Notes: a model not told the origin generated them from the letters alone. Numbered from the stretch's first letter, positions 18,072 to 25,334 are shown. The stretch: DNA of 40,000 nucleotides from Serratia sp. H1w (GCF_000633355.1 NZ_AYMQ01000056.1:148658-188657), one strand, 5' to 3'. Program-made: numbers and translations.

Positions 18072-19670
18072 ATGTCTACAGGGAAAACGCTGCTCGCGCT
18101 GGTGCTGAGCACATTATTACCGGCAGGCGCTGCTATGGCGGCGGCCAACGACACACTGATTTACTGCTCCGAGGCGTCACCGGAGTCGTTCAACCCACAG
18201 ATTGCAAGCTCTGGCCCAACGTTCGTGGCCAGTTCGCAGGTGCTGTACAACCGGTTAATCAACTTCGATCCGGTAAAAAACACGCCAACGCCTTCACTGG
18301 CAACCGAATGGAAAATCTCCCCGGACGGTAAAACCTACACCTTTACCCTGCGCCAAGGCGTGAAATTCAACAGCAATAAAAACTTCAAGCCGACCCGCGA
18401 TTTTAATGCGGATGATGTGGTGTTCTCGGTGTTACGCCAGAAAGACGCCAATCATCCCTATCACAAGGTTTCGCAGGGTAATTACGAATATTTTCACGAC
18501 GTAGGTCTGGATACGCTGATCAAGGAAGTGAAAAAGCTGGATGATTACCACGTTCAGTTTGTGCTGAGCGAACCGAACGCCGCGTTTCTGGCCGACTGGG
18601 GGATGGACTTTGCATCGATTCTCTCTGCCGAATATGCCGATGCAATGCTGAAAAAAGGCACGCCAGAATACGTAGACACCTGGCCAATCGGCACCGGCCC
18701 TTACGTTTTACAGCAATATAAGGTTGATTCACTGATCCGCTATGTGGCCAACCCCAATTACTGGGATGGCGAGGTGCCAACCAAACATCTGATCTTCTCC
18801 ATTACGCCGAACGTGCAGACGCGTCTGGCGAAGCTGCAGACCAACGAGTGCCAGATTATCCCGGCTCCGGCGCCGGTACAGTTTGATGAAATCAACAAAA
18901 ATAAAGATCTGACCTTGCATAAGGTCGATGCATTGAACGTCGGCTATCTGGCGTTTAACACCGAGAAAAAACCGCTGGATAACGTGCTGGTTCGCCAGGC
19001 GCTAAACTATGCCACCGACAAAAAGGCCATTGTGAACGCGGTATTTTTAGGTTCTGCCACGATAGCCAAATCGCCGTTGCCGCCAAATATGCTGGGTTTT
19101 GATAAAGATTTGCAGGATTACGGCTACGATCCGCAAAAGGCCAAGGCGCTGTTGAAACAGGCCGGGTTGGAAAAAGGTTTTGAGATAACGCTGTGGTCGA
19201 TGCCGGTTCAGCGCCCGTATAACCCGAACTCCAAGCGTATTGCAGAAATGCTGCAAAGCGACTGGGAAAAGGTTGGCGTGAAGGCGAAAATCGTCTCTTA
19301 CGAGTGGGGTGAATATCTCGCCGGGATGCGTAAGGGCGAGCATGACACCGCGCTGTTTGGCTGGATGTCCGATAATGGCGATCCGGATAACTTTGCCGAA
19401 GTGCTGCTGGGTTGTAACAGCATCAAAACCGGCTCGAATGCCGCACGCTGGTGCGATAAAACCTATGATGGGCTGGTGCAACAGGCCAGACTGACCAGCG
19501 TTCCTGCAGAACGAGCAAAACTCTACGGCCAGGCGCAGGAGATCTTCTACCAGCAGGCACCGTGGATTGCGCTAGCGAACGGCAAAACCTTCTATGCCAC
19601 GCGCAGCAACGTCAGTGGTTATAGCGTCAGCCTGATGGGCAGTGATTTTTCCAAAGCCAAACTGAATTAA
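18072..19670 (+). CDS. Orphan periplasmic dipeptide-binding protein paralog (DppA-like, cluster C SBP)
   Basis: Similarity to E. coli DppA runs along the whole length: LIYCSEASPESFNPQ, FKPTRDFNADDVVFS, NHPYHKVSQGNYEYF, DFASILSAEYADAMLKKGTPE, NECQIIP, PVQRPYNPN, IVSYEWGEYL and GDPDNF. The start is set at ATG 18072 with the signal peptide MSTGKTLLALVLSTLLPAGAAMA. No dppBCDF genes are adjacent. Confidence 0.88.
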   Translation: MSTGKTLLALVLSTLLPAGAAMAAANDTLIYCSEASPESFNPQIASSGPTFVASSQVLYNRLINFDPVKNTPTPSLATEWKISPDGKTYTFTLRQGVKFNSNKNFKPTRDFNADDVVFSVLRQKDANHPYHKVSQGNYEYFHDVGLDTLIKEVKKLDDYHVQFVLSEPNAAFLADWGMDFASILSAEYADAMLKKGTPEYVDTWPIGTGPYVLQQYKVDSLIRYVANPNYWDGEVPTKHLIFSITPNVQTRLAKLQTNECQIIPAPAPVQFDEINKNKDLTLHKVDALNVGYLAFNTEKKPLDNVLVRQALNYATDKKAIVNAVFLGSATIAKSPLPPNMLGFDKDLQDYGYDPQKAKALLKQAGLEKGFEITLWSMPVQRPYNPNSKRIAEMLQSDWEKVGVKAKIVSYEWGEYLAGMRKGEHDTALFGWMSDNGDPDNFAEVLLGCNSIKTGSNAARWCDKTYDGLVQQARLTSVPAERAKLYGQAQEIFYQQAPWIALANGKTFYATRSNVSGYSVSLMGSDFSKAKLN

Positions 19671-19697
19671 CTTAAGAGCAATATACCTGACGACAAG

Positions 19698-19727
19698 TGC
19701 AGGGGCGCTGCATGCAGCGCCCCTGCA
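19698..19727. terminator. 30-nt perfect palindrome between convergent dppA-like and waaL-like genes
   Basis: TGCAGGGGCGCTGCA|TGCAGCGCCCCTGCA gives a GC-rich stem of up to 13-15 bp. No U-tract lies on either side, so this is a probable bidirectional terminator or RNA-stabilising hairpin. Confidence 0.55.
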
Positions 19728-19747
19728 ACTCAACGAAACGGCGTAAG

Positions 19748-20959
19748 TTATATTGGCCGCTGGGTAACGCGGTAACCTGCCAGTAGGGCCGCCAGCACGA
19801 TAAACAGATGCCCCTCGGCGGAGTCCAGCAAGAACGAGTTGAACAGGTGGCAAGCCATGTAGCTGCCGATCACGGCAAGCAGCAGATTGCGGCAAGCCAC
19901 TGGCTGACGCCAGGCCACTCGGCAGCAGCACCACATCCATCCCAGAAAAAGCGCCAGCCCCAGTAAACCGTTTTGTACCGTTTCCAGCAGATACTCATTA
20001 TGCGGGTTATGCACACCGTAACCGGTCTGGGCATTACCGTACCAGAAGCTTCCGGCTCCATTGCCCAACAGCGGAGCCTGTTTTATCAAGCGTAGTGACT
20101 CGCGGGCAAAGGCAGTGCGCTGTCCCATCGAGTTATCGCAAGCCTGATAAGCCGAATCTGCTGGGGCCAACACGCAGTGGCGAACCTCGGCAAGGCCCAG
20201 AGTCAGGCGTTCGGTCGCTCTATTCGGTATAAAGACCAACATAATGGCCAGCAGCAAGCCACCGGCAAGCACGCTAACCTGCTGCCAGCGCGGCAACGTC
20301 AACAACAACCAAAGCCCCACGCCGACCAATAGCGCCACATAACCGGTACGCCCCTGTACCATCAACAGTACGTTCGCCGTTGCCAGTAGAGCCAACGCTA
20401 CATAGCACCAACGCCGCCTGCCTGATTGCACATAAGCACGGGCTAGCCATAGCAGCGCAGCAAATGCCATAAACACGTTCTGGGTTATTTGTAGCTTGAA
20501 AACCGTTGGATTCAGCGGATTAAGACCACCCAACGTCACATTCCCGATACCCGACGTCACGCTGATTGCCAATATCAGCGCGTTGGCAAGCAGAAAACCG
20601 CTGATAAAGCGGGTAATAAGTCGAGAGTCCGCGAGAAAGAACAGAGCCAGGGGTAATACATACAACAGTTTTTGATATTTACCGACCATCTTCGGGCCGT
20701 ATTCGTGGTGCTCAGTCAGCAACGAGATAGCTAGCAGTACAAACATCAACGCAGGCAACCACACCAACGGTTGCTTGAGCAAAGGCGCCACCTGACGAAA
20801 GTCACGTTGCCACAGCAGACATATCGCCGCCAACACCAGCGAGGCATTCATCAGTGCATTTGACGTCGGAAGGGACGCGCCCAGCAAAAACGCCGTGAAG
20901 CCAAACAGCCGCAAGCGGGCAGAGGTAGACAGGTTGGTTGATGACATGGGATGGCTCAT
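19748..20959 (-). CDS. O-antigen ligase family (WaaL/Wzy_C-like) polytopic membrane protein
   Basis: The protein has about 11-12 TM segments, a large loop, and NPHNEYLLETVQNGLLGLALFLG, the conserved His-containing motif of O-antigen ligase-like proteins. The start is set at ATG 20959, 7 nt after the upstream stop, with ATG 20947 as an alternative. The ORF-track start 21193 would overlap the GT9 gene by 230 nt. Confidence 0.8.
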   Translation of the reverse strand: MSHPMSSTNLSTSARLRLFGFTAFLLGASLPTSNALMNASLVLAAICLLWQRDFRQVAPLLKQPLVWLPALMFVLLAISLLTEHHEYGPKMVGKYQKLLYVLPLALFFLADSRLITRFISGFLLANALILAISVTSGIGNVTLGGLNPLNPTVFKLQITQNVFMAFAALLWLARAYVQSGRRRWCYVALALLATANVLLMVQGRTGYVALLVGVGLWLLLTLPRWQQVSVLAGGLLLAIMLVFIPNRATERLTLGLAEVRHCVLAPADSAYQACDNSMGQRTAFARESLRLIKQAPLLGNGAGSFWYGNAQTGYGVHNPHNEYLLETVQNGLLGLALFLGWMWCCCRVAWRQPVACRNLLLAVIGSYMACHLFNSFLLDSAEGHLFIVLAALLAGYRVTQRPI

Positions 20960-20966
20960 AGCAGGG

Positions 20967-22136
20967 TTAATTACATACGGTGTCAGCCACCGCGTGAGAG
21001 GCCGAGATTTGCAGGCGATTAAGCTGACGGTTGATTGCCCGGATAACATCACCGCTGGGAATGGCGTCCAGATAACGTTCCGGGGTGGCGGTATCCACCG
21101 CGTCGGTTTTTGGTAATGGGCGGTAGTCGCCCGCCCATAACAGGGTGTGCGGAGCTTGCCAGGGTGACCACTGTTGCAGATTACTGGGCCCAAACAGTAC
21201 GACGGAAGGCGTTTGCAAGGCGGCTGCCATATGCATTGGCACTGAATCCACGCCGATAAACAACTTTGTCCGATCGATCAGTACGGCCAGTTCCGGCAGT
21301 TCCAACCGCCCGGCCAAATTGACCACCCGTTGCGGCAGGGAGCAGCGGGCCATGATGTCGGCTATCATGGCGGCTTCGTCGGCAGAGCGCCCGCCGGTGA
21401 GCACCACGGTTTCTCCGTTGGCGGTAAGGTAGTCGATAACCTGAGTGAACCCCGCCGTCGACCAGGTCTTGAACGCCCAGCGCGCAGTCGGTTGGATCAG
21501 TACGAAGTCTGTCAGGTGATGGCGCAGGCTGAGGCGATCAATCTCATCGATATCACACTGGCGATAAGCCTGAGTCACTTTGGTGATCAAGGTCGGTAAG
21601 GCCAACGGGGCCAAAATATCGAGATTATTGAGTACGGTGTGCTGCTGGTCATGTCCATCCACCGGCACCAGCAACGAATGGCAGGTCCGCCATAGCCGGT
21701 TATTACGTTTGGGGTAAGCAAATCCCAGGCTAAAAGTTGGTTTGAGGAAGCGGCAATACAGCGCCGCCCGCCACTGATCGGACAGATTGATGACCAGATC
21801 GTAGTGGCCGGTGCTCAGGCTGTTCCACAGAGCTTGTTCACCGCGATACTGTGCCTTGTAGCCCTGGCGTTTTAGGCTGCGATCGACGGTATAGGCCAGA
21901 TAGACATCCCGATTACCCGCTAGCATAGCCTCGGTGCCGTTATACACCAGTACATCAATCAGGGCGGTGGGGTAATTGGCGTGCAGCGTACTGAGCAGCG
22001 GGGTGGTTAACAGCACATCACCAAAGTGGCGCAACTTGATAACCAGAATGCGCTGCACCCGCTCGCGGTGCAGTAGTTTGTTAGGCAAACGGCGGTCGGG
22101 TAGCCCGACCTTGCCAGCATTCGTCGCGAACGTCAT
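20967..22136 (-). CDS. Glycosyltransferase family 9 (LPS heptosyltransferase III / WaaQ-like)
   Basis: RILVIKLRHFGDVLLTTPLLSTL is a GT9 N-terminal motif and IGVDSVPMHMAAAL is the GT9 nucleotide-sugar motif. The N-terminus carries about 28 extra residues relative to WaaQ, so the true start is uncertain. Confidence 0.82.
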   Translation of the reverse strand: MTFATNAGKVGLPDRRLPNKLLHRERVQRILVIKLRHFGDVLLTTPLLSTLHANYPTALIDVLVYNGTEAMLAGNRDVYLAYTVDRSLKRQGYKAQYRGEQALWNSLSTGHYDLVINLSDQWRAALYCRFLKPTFSLGFAYPKRNNRLWRTCHSLLVPVDGHDQQHTVLNNLDILAPLALPTLITKVTQAYRQCDIDEIDRLSLRHHLTDFVLIQPTARWAFKTWSTAGFTQVIDYLTANGETVVLTGGRSADEAAMIADIMARCSLPQRVVNLAGRLELPELAVLIDRTKLFIGVDSVPMHMAAALQTPSVVLFGPSNLQQWSPWQAPHTLLWAGDYRPLPKTDAVDTATPERYLDAIPSGDVIRAINRQLNRLQISASHAVADTVCN

Positions 22137-22338
22137 ATTTTAATGATGCATCCCAGCGGTCGATAATCTGCCGTGCGGCGGTTTTCATCTGTCATCTTCA
22201 CCTTTCCTACCCTTTGAAAACGCGTGATCTCGGCGCTGGTGGCCGATGTGCTAGAACACGGGTTCAGAACGCAGAAATTTCCACGACACCCAAGGCGATC
22301 TTATAGGTGCAGGCAGGACAAAGATAATTGGTTGTGCA

Positions 22339-22373
22339 GATCAATAAGATCAGACCGATCGTTGAAAACGATC
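22339..22373. promoter_or_regulatory. GATC (Dam-site) cluster with embedded palindrome upstream of the GT9/WaaL-like operon; candidate methylation-sensitive operator
   Basis: GATC occurs at 22339, 22348, 22357 and 22370. GATCGTTGAAAACGATC (22357..22373) is a perfect palindrome, and GATCAAT is repeated 31 bp apart. The cluster lies just upstream of a weak minus-strand TTATCT-N16-TATAAG (22327..22300). Function is inferred only. Confidence 0.35.
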
Positions 22374-22500
22374 AATCCGTTACAAAGTAAAGGGACATTA
22401 AGTGGGCTTGTTCGCCACGGGGAAAATCATTTTTAAGAATTTTAGTATAGGCGTTGTTGCTGGAAGTGGGGGGATAGAAAGCGGGTGGTGAAGGGGGCTG

Positions 22501-22532
22501 AGAAAAGCCGAACCTCATCCTTGAGGTTCGGC
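22501..22532 (-). terminator. Rho-independent terminator of fdhF
   Basis: The minus strand reads GCCGAACCTCA-AGGA-TGAGGTTCGGC followed by TTTTCT, 8 nt after the fdhF stop codon. Confidence 0.85.
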
Positions 22533-22540
22533 CTTACTGA

Positions 22541-24685
22541 TTAACCCGCAGCGGCCTCGCGCAGGCGCTGTTTGATCTTGCTGTACTCCTGCTGGACATA
22601 ATGCTCTGCCTGCTGTTGATCCTTAATCGGTTCAAGTTGCACGGCACAGTATTTATATTCCGGCGTTTTGGTAATCGGGCTGAGGTTTTCCGCCACCAGC
22701 TCGTTACAGGCGCCGATCCACCATTGGTAGGTCATGTAGATCGCACCCCGGTTAGGGCGTTCGCTGACGTTGGCGCGGGTAATTACCTTGCCCTGACGGG
22801 AGCGTACCCAGACCAATGCCTGATCTTCAATCCCCAACCGTGCGGCATCTGCCGAGTTGACCTGCACATAACCCGGTTCATCGGCCAGCGCGACCAACGC
22901 CTTACAGTTGCCGGTCATTGAACGGCAGGAGTAATGGCCTACTTCACGCACCGTCGATAGTACAAACGGGTACTCATCGCTGAGCTGATCGATCGGTGGT
23001 GCCCATTCACAGGTAAAGAACTCCGCTTTACCTCCGGGCCGAGAGAACTCACCTCCCTCATACAGATAGGAGGTCCCCGGGTGATCCAACGTTGGGCATG
23101 GCCATTGAATGTAGGCCAGATCTGCCATCTTCTCGTAGGTTGCGCCGTAGTAGATCGGGCACAGTTCGCGCAGTTCGTCCCAGATTTCCTGCGTATTGTT
23201 GTAGTGCATTGGGTAGCCCATGGCCGTCGACATCAGGCTGATAATCTGCCAGTCCGTCTTCACATCGCCCACCGGTTCCACCGCTTTATAGAAGCGTTGG
23301 AAGCCACGGTCTGCTGCGGTATACACCCCTTCGTGCTCGCCCCATGAGGTGGCCGGGAAAATCACGTCGGCAATCGCGGCGGTTTTGGTCATGAAGATAT
23401 CCTGCACGATCAGCAGATCCAATTTCTCAAAGGTTCTGCGGATGGTCGCCAGGTCTGGTTCCGTCTGTAGCGGATCCTCCCCCATGATGTAGTGCGCTTT
23501 GAGTTTGCCATGGTCAATATTGTGCGGCACCTCGCTCAAGGCATAGCCGATCTCCGCCGGCATGGCGTCGATCCCCCAGGCGCTGGCAAACCTCTCCCGC
23601 GCTTCGGCATCCGTTACCTGGAAATAGCCGGGCAGGGTGTTAGGCAACGCGCCCATATCACAGGCACCCTGAACGTTATTTTGCCCTCGCACCGGGTTAA
23701 CCCCAACGTTGGGTTTACCCAGGTTACCGGTCAGCATCGCCAGGCTGGTCAGTGCACGCACGGTTTCCACCCCTTGATAGAACTGGGTGACACCCATCCC
23801 CCACAGGATGGTGGCCGTTGGCGCAGTGGCATACATCCGTGCCGTTTCACGGATTTGTTGGGCGGTGAGGCCCGTAGTCTTTTCAACCGATTCCGGTGGG
23901 TAGCTCGCCACGATGGCGCGATACTCCTCGAACTGCTCGGTATGATGTTCAACAAACGGCTGATCGTACAGGTTCTCCTCAATGATCACATGGGCGAGAG
24001 CATTGATCAGCGCGATGTTGGAACCGTTTTTCAACGGCAAATGGATATCTGCAATACGCGCCGTTTCGATATAGCGGGGATCGCAAACAATAACCTTGGC
24101 TCCTTTCTCCTTCGCCTTGAGAATGCGGCGGGCGACAATAGGATGCGAGTCTGCGGCGTTATAACCGAAGACAAAAATACACTGGGTATCCTCAATCTCG
24201 CAGATTGAGTTACTCATGGCGCCGTTACCGACCGATCGCTGCAGACCTGCAACCGAGGGGCCGTGTCAGACGCGTGCGCAACAGTCGATATTGTTGGTAC
24301 CGACGGTGGCGCGAGCAAATTTTTGCATCACATAGTTGGCTTCGTTACCTGGCCCGCGTGAGGAGCCGGTTGTCATAATCGCATTCGGACCGTATTGCTC
24401 TTTAACGGCCAGCAGGCGAGAACTGGCGAATTCGATGGCCTCTTCCCAGGACACCGATTCCAGCTTGCCGCCACGCACCCGGCGGATCATCGGCGTTTTC
24501 AGCCGTGGGGTCAGGATCTTGGTATCGTGAACGAAATCCCAGCCGTAATACCCTTTCAGGCACAGGTCGCCCTGATTGGTCACGCCATTCGCGCCTTCGG
24601 CCTTAACGATCCTGCCGTTGTCGACTATCAGGTTGATTTTGCAACCTGAAGCGCAATAAGGGCAGACCGTGATGACAGTTTTCAT
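22541..24685 (-). CDS. fdhF: Formate dehydrogenase H, selenocysteine-containing (in-frame UGA at 24268..24266)
   Basis: Track ORFs 24266..24694 and 22541..24217 are one gene. ...NNIDCCARV-[UGA]-HGPSVAGLQRSVGNGAMSNSI... is colinear with E. coli FdhF (CCARVUHGPSVAGL), and the remainder (CPYCASGCKINL..., VREVGHYSCRSMTGNC, TPEYKYCAV) matches end to end. The start is ATG 24685 (MKTVITVCPYC) with AAGGAG 8 nt upstream. Confidence 0.95.
24226..24268 (-). promoter_or_regulatory. UGA(Sec) codon plus SECIS stem-loop of fdhF
   Basis: The minus strand reads UGACACGGCCCCUCGGUUGCAGGUCUGCAGCGAUCGGUCGGUAACGG. This is nearly identical to the E. coli fdhF SECIS as remembered (UGACACGGCCCAUCGGUUGCAGGUCUGCACCAAUCGGUCGG), including the GGUUGCAGGUCUGCA apical hairpin. 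Confidence 0.85.
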
Positions 24686-24770
24686 CTCCAGCACTCCTTG
24701 TTAAATCTTTTCGACATTGCTCACCTCGCCACCAGACTCCGATGACGAAAAATGGGTCTCACTCATTTGA

Positions 24771-24786
24771 AGCATAAAATGTGCCA
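24771..24786 (-). promoter_or_regulatory. sigma54 (-24/-12) promoter of fdhF
   Basis: The minus strand reads TGGCAC-ATTTT-ATGCT with exact GG-N10-GC spacing. It lies 86 nt upstream of the fdhF ATG, consistent with FhlA/sigma54 control of fdhF in E. coli. Confidence 0.8.
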
Positions 24787-24833
24787 CGCTGACTTGATGT
24801 GGATTAATGGCACGTGCGTATTGCGATATTTTC

Positions 24834-24880
24834 CCCCTCACCCCAACCCTCTCCCTTTGGGAGAGGGTTGGGGTGAGGGG
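24834..24880. repeat. REP-like perfect palindrome (22-bp arms, 3-nt loop)
   Basis: CCCCTCACCCCAACCCTCTCCC-TTT-GGGAGAGGGTTGGGGTGAGGGG starts 1 nt after the hycI stop codon. A second, interrupted copy lies at 36967..37066. The element produces the spurious GEGWGEG / LSQRER-type ORFs in the track. Confidence 0.9.
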
Positions 24881-24881
24881 C

Positions 24882-25334
24882 TTACAACAGCTCAAAACCT
24901 TCCCCCGAGTCCCATTTTGATAATCGTTGATAAATCACGTGCACGGCCTGTGTCACTTTCTCCGTCATCGGGAAATAAAACATCACCACGTCCGGCTGAA
25001 CGCCGAGAAAAATCACCTCATCAATATCTTCGCGTAACTGGTCGATCAGGAAATTGAGCGGCATATTGTGGGTGCTCATAAAGAACATCTCGGCAATATC
25101 GTCAGGATTGACGATACGGATCTCACCGGGTGCCAATTCCATATCGGTGGCATCGACAATCACCAGTCGCTGCGGCTCAAGCGCACGGATCTGATGCGTC
25201 ACGTTTTCCGGGGCCGAGCCTCCGTTGACGATGGTCCAACCCTCGATAGGGGTCTCGGTCATTAGCTCCGCCAATAGTGGCCCGGCACCATCGTCGCCCA
25301 TCATGCTGTTGCCTACGGTGAGTACGACATTCAT
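24882..25334 (-). CDS. hycI: Hydrogenase large-subunit C-terminal maturation endopeptidase
   Basis: LTVGNSMMGDDGAGPLLAE...GGSAPEN...LVIVDATDM...PGEIRIVNPDDIAEMFFMSTHNMPLNFLIDQL is colinear with E. coli HycI. The start overlaps the hyfJ stop in an ATGA. Confidence 0.93.
   Translation of the reverse strand: MNVVLTVGNSMMGDDGAGPLLAELMTETPIEGWTIVNGGSAPENVTHQIRALEPQRLVIVDATDMELAPGEIRIVNPDDIAEMFFMSTHNMPLNFLIDQLREDIDEVIFLGVQPDVVMFYFPMTEKVTQAVHVIYQRLSKWDSGEGFELL

Noticed and set aside
21145-21599. Short + strand ORFs and the long N-terminal extension of the WaaL-like ORF (to 21193), all overlapping the GT9 gene
   Set aside because: The GT9 frame carries the family motifs. The WaaL-like hydrophobic core begins only after ATG 20959/20947, just downstream of the GT9 stop.
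22224-22436. 70-aa + strand ORF covering the GATC cluster
   Set aside because: It starts with GTG without an SD sequence, and its Arg/Cys-rich translation has no motifs. The region is better explained as the regulatory DNA of the downstream minus-strand operon.
12696-22540. Classical integrative genomic island at tRNA-Ser
   Set aside because: I could find no integrase, no transposase, no phage genes and no direct repeat of the tRNA 3' end in the intergenic regions I could read. GC content does not look obviously different. I describe it only as a synteny break relative to E. coli K-12.
23492-24208. 238-aa + strand ORF inside fdhF. Similar long antisense ORFs occur at 29143..29958, 28895..29452, 34290..34800, 35122..35694 and 36141..36746 inside the hyf and hydN genes.
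   Set aside because: All of them are antisense or out of frame to genes with end-to-end homology. Their translations are Arg/Gly/His-rich with no recognisable motifs.
24217-24268. Apparent disruption of fdhF, read as a pseudogene or two genes
   Set aside because: The stop is the conserved UGA-Sec codon with an intact SECIS directly downstream, and the frame continues with HGPSVAGL.
24700-24760. CATTTTTCGTCATCGG and AATGTCGAAAAG motifs (minus strand), which resemble the candidate FhlA repeat
   Set aside because: They lie downstream of the fdhF -24/-12 element in the transcribed leader, an unlikely place for an enhancer. They could be chance in an AT-rich leader or part of leader RNA structure. 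They are noted but not called.
24701-25057. ORFs 24701..24895 (-) and 24752..25057 (+) with LSQRERVGVRG / PLPLGEGWGEG peptides
   Set aside because: These are translations of the REP-like palindrome (24834..24880) and the fdhF promoter region. The same peptide signature arises from the second repeat copy (ORF 36834..37094). They are not genes.
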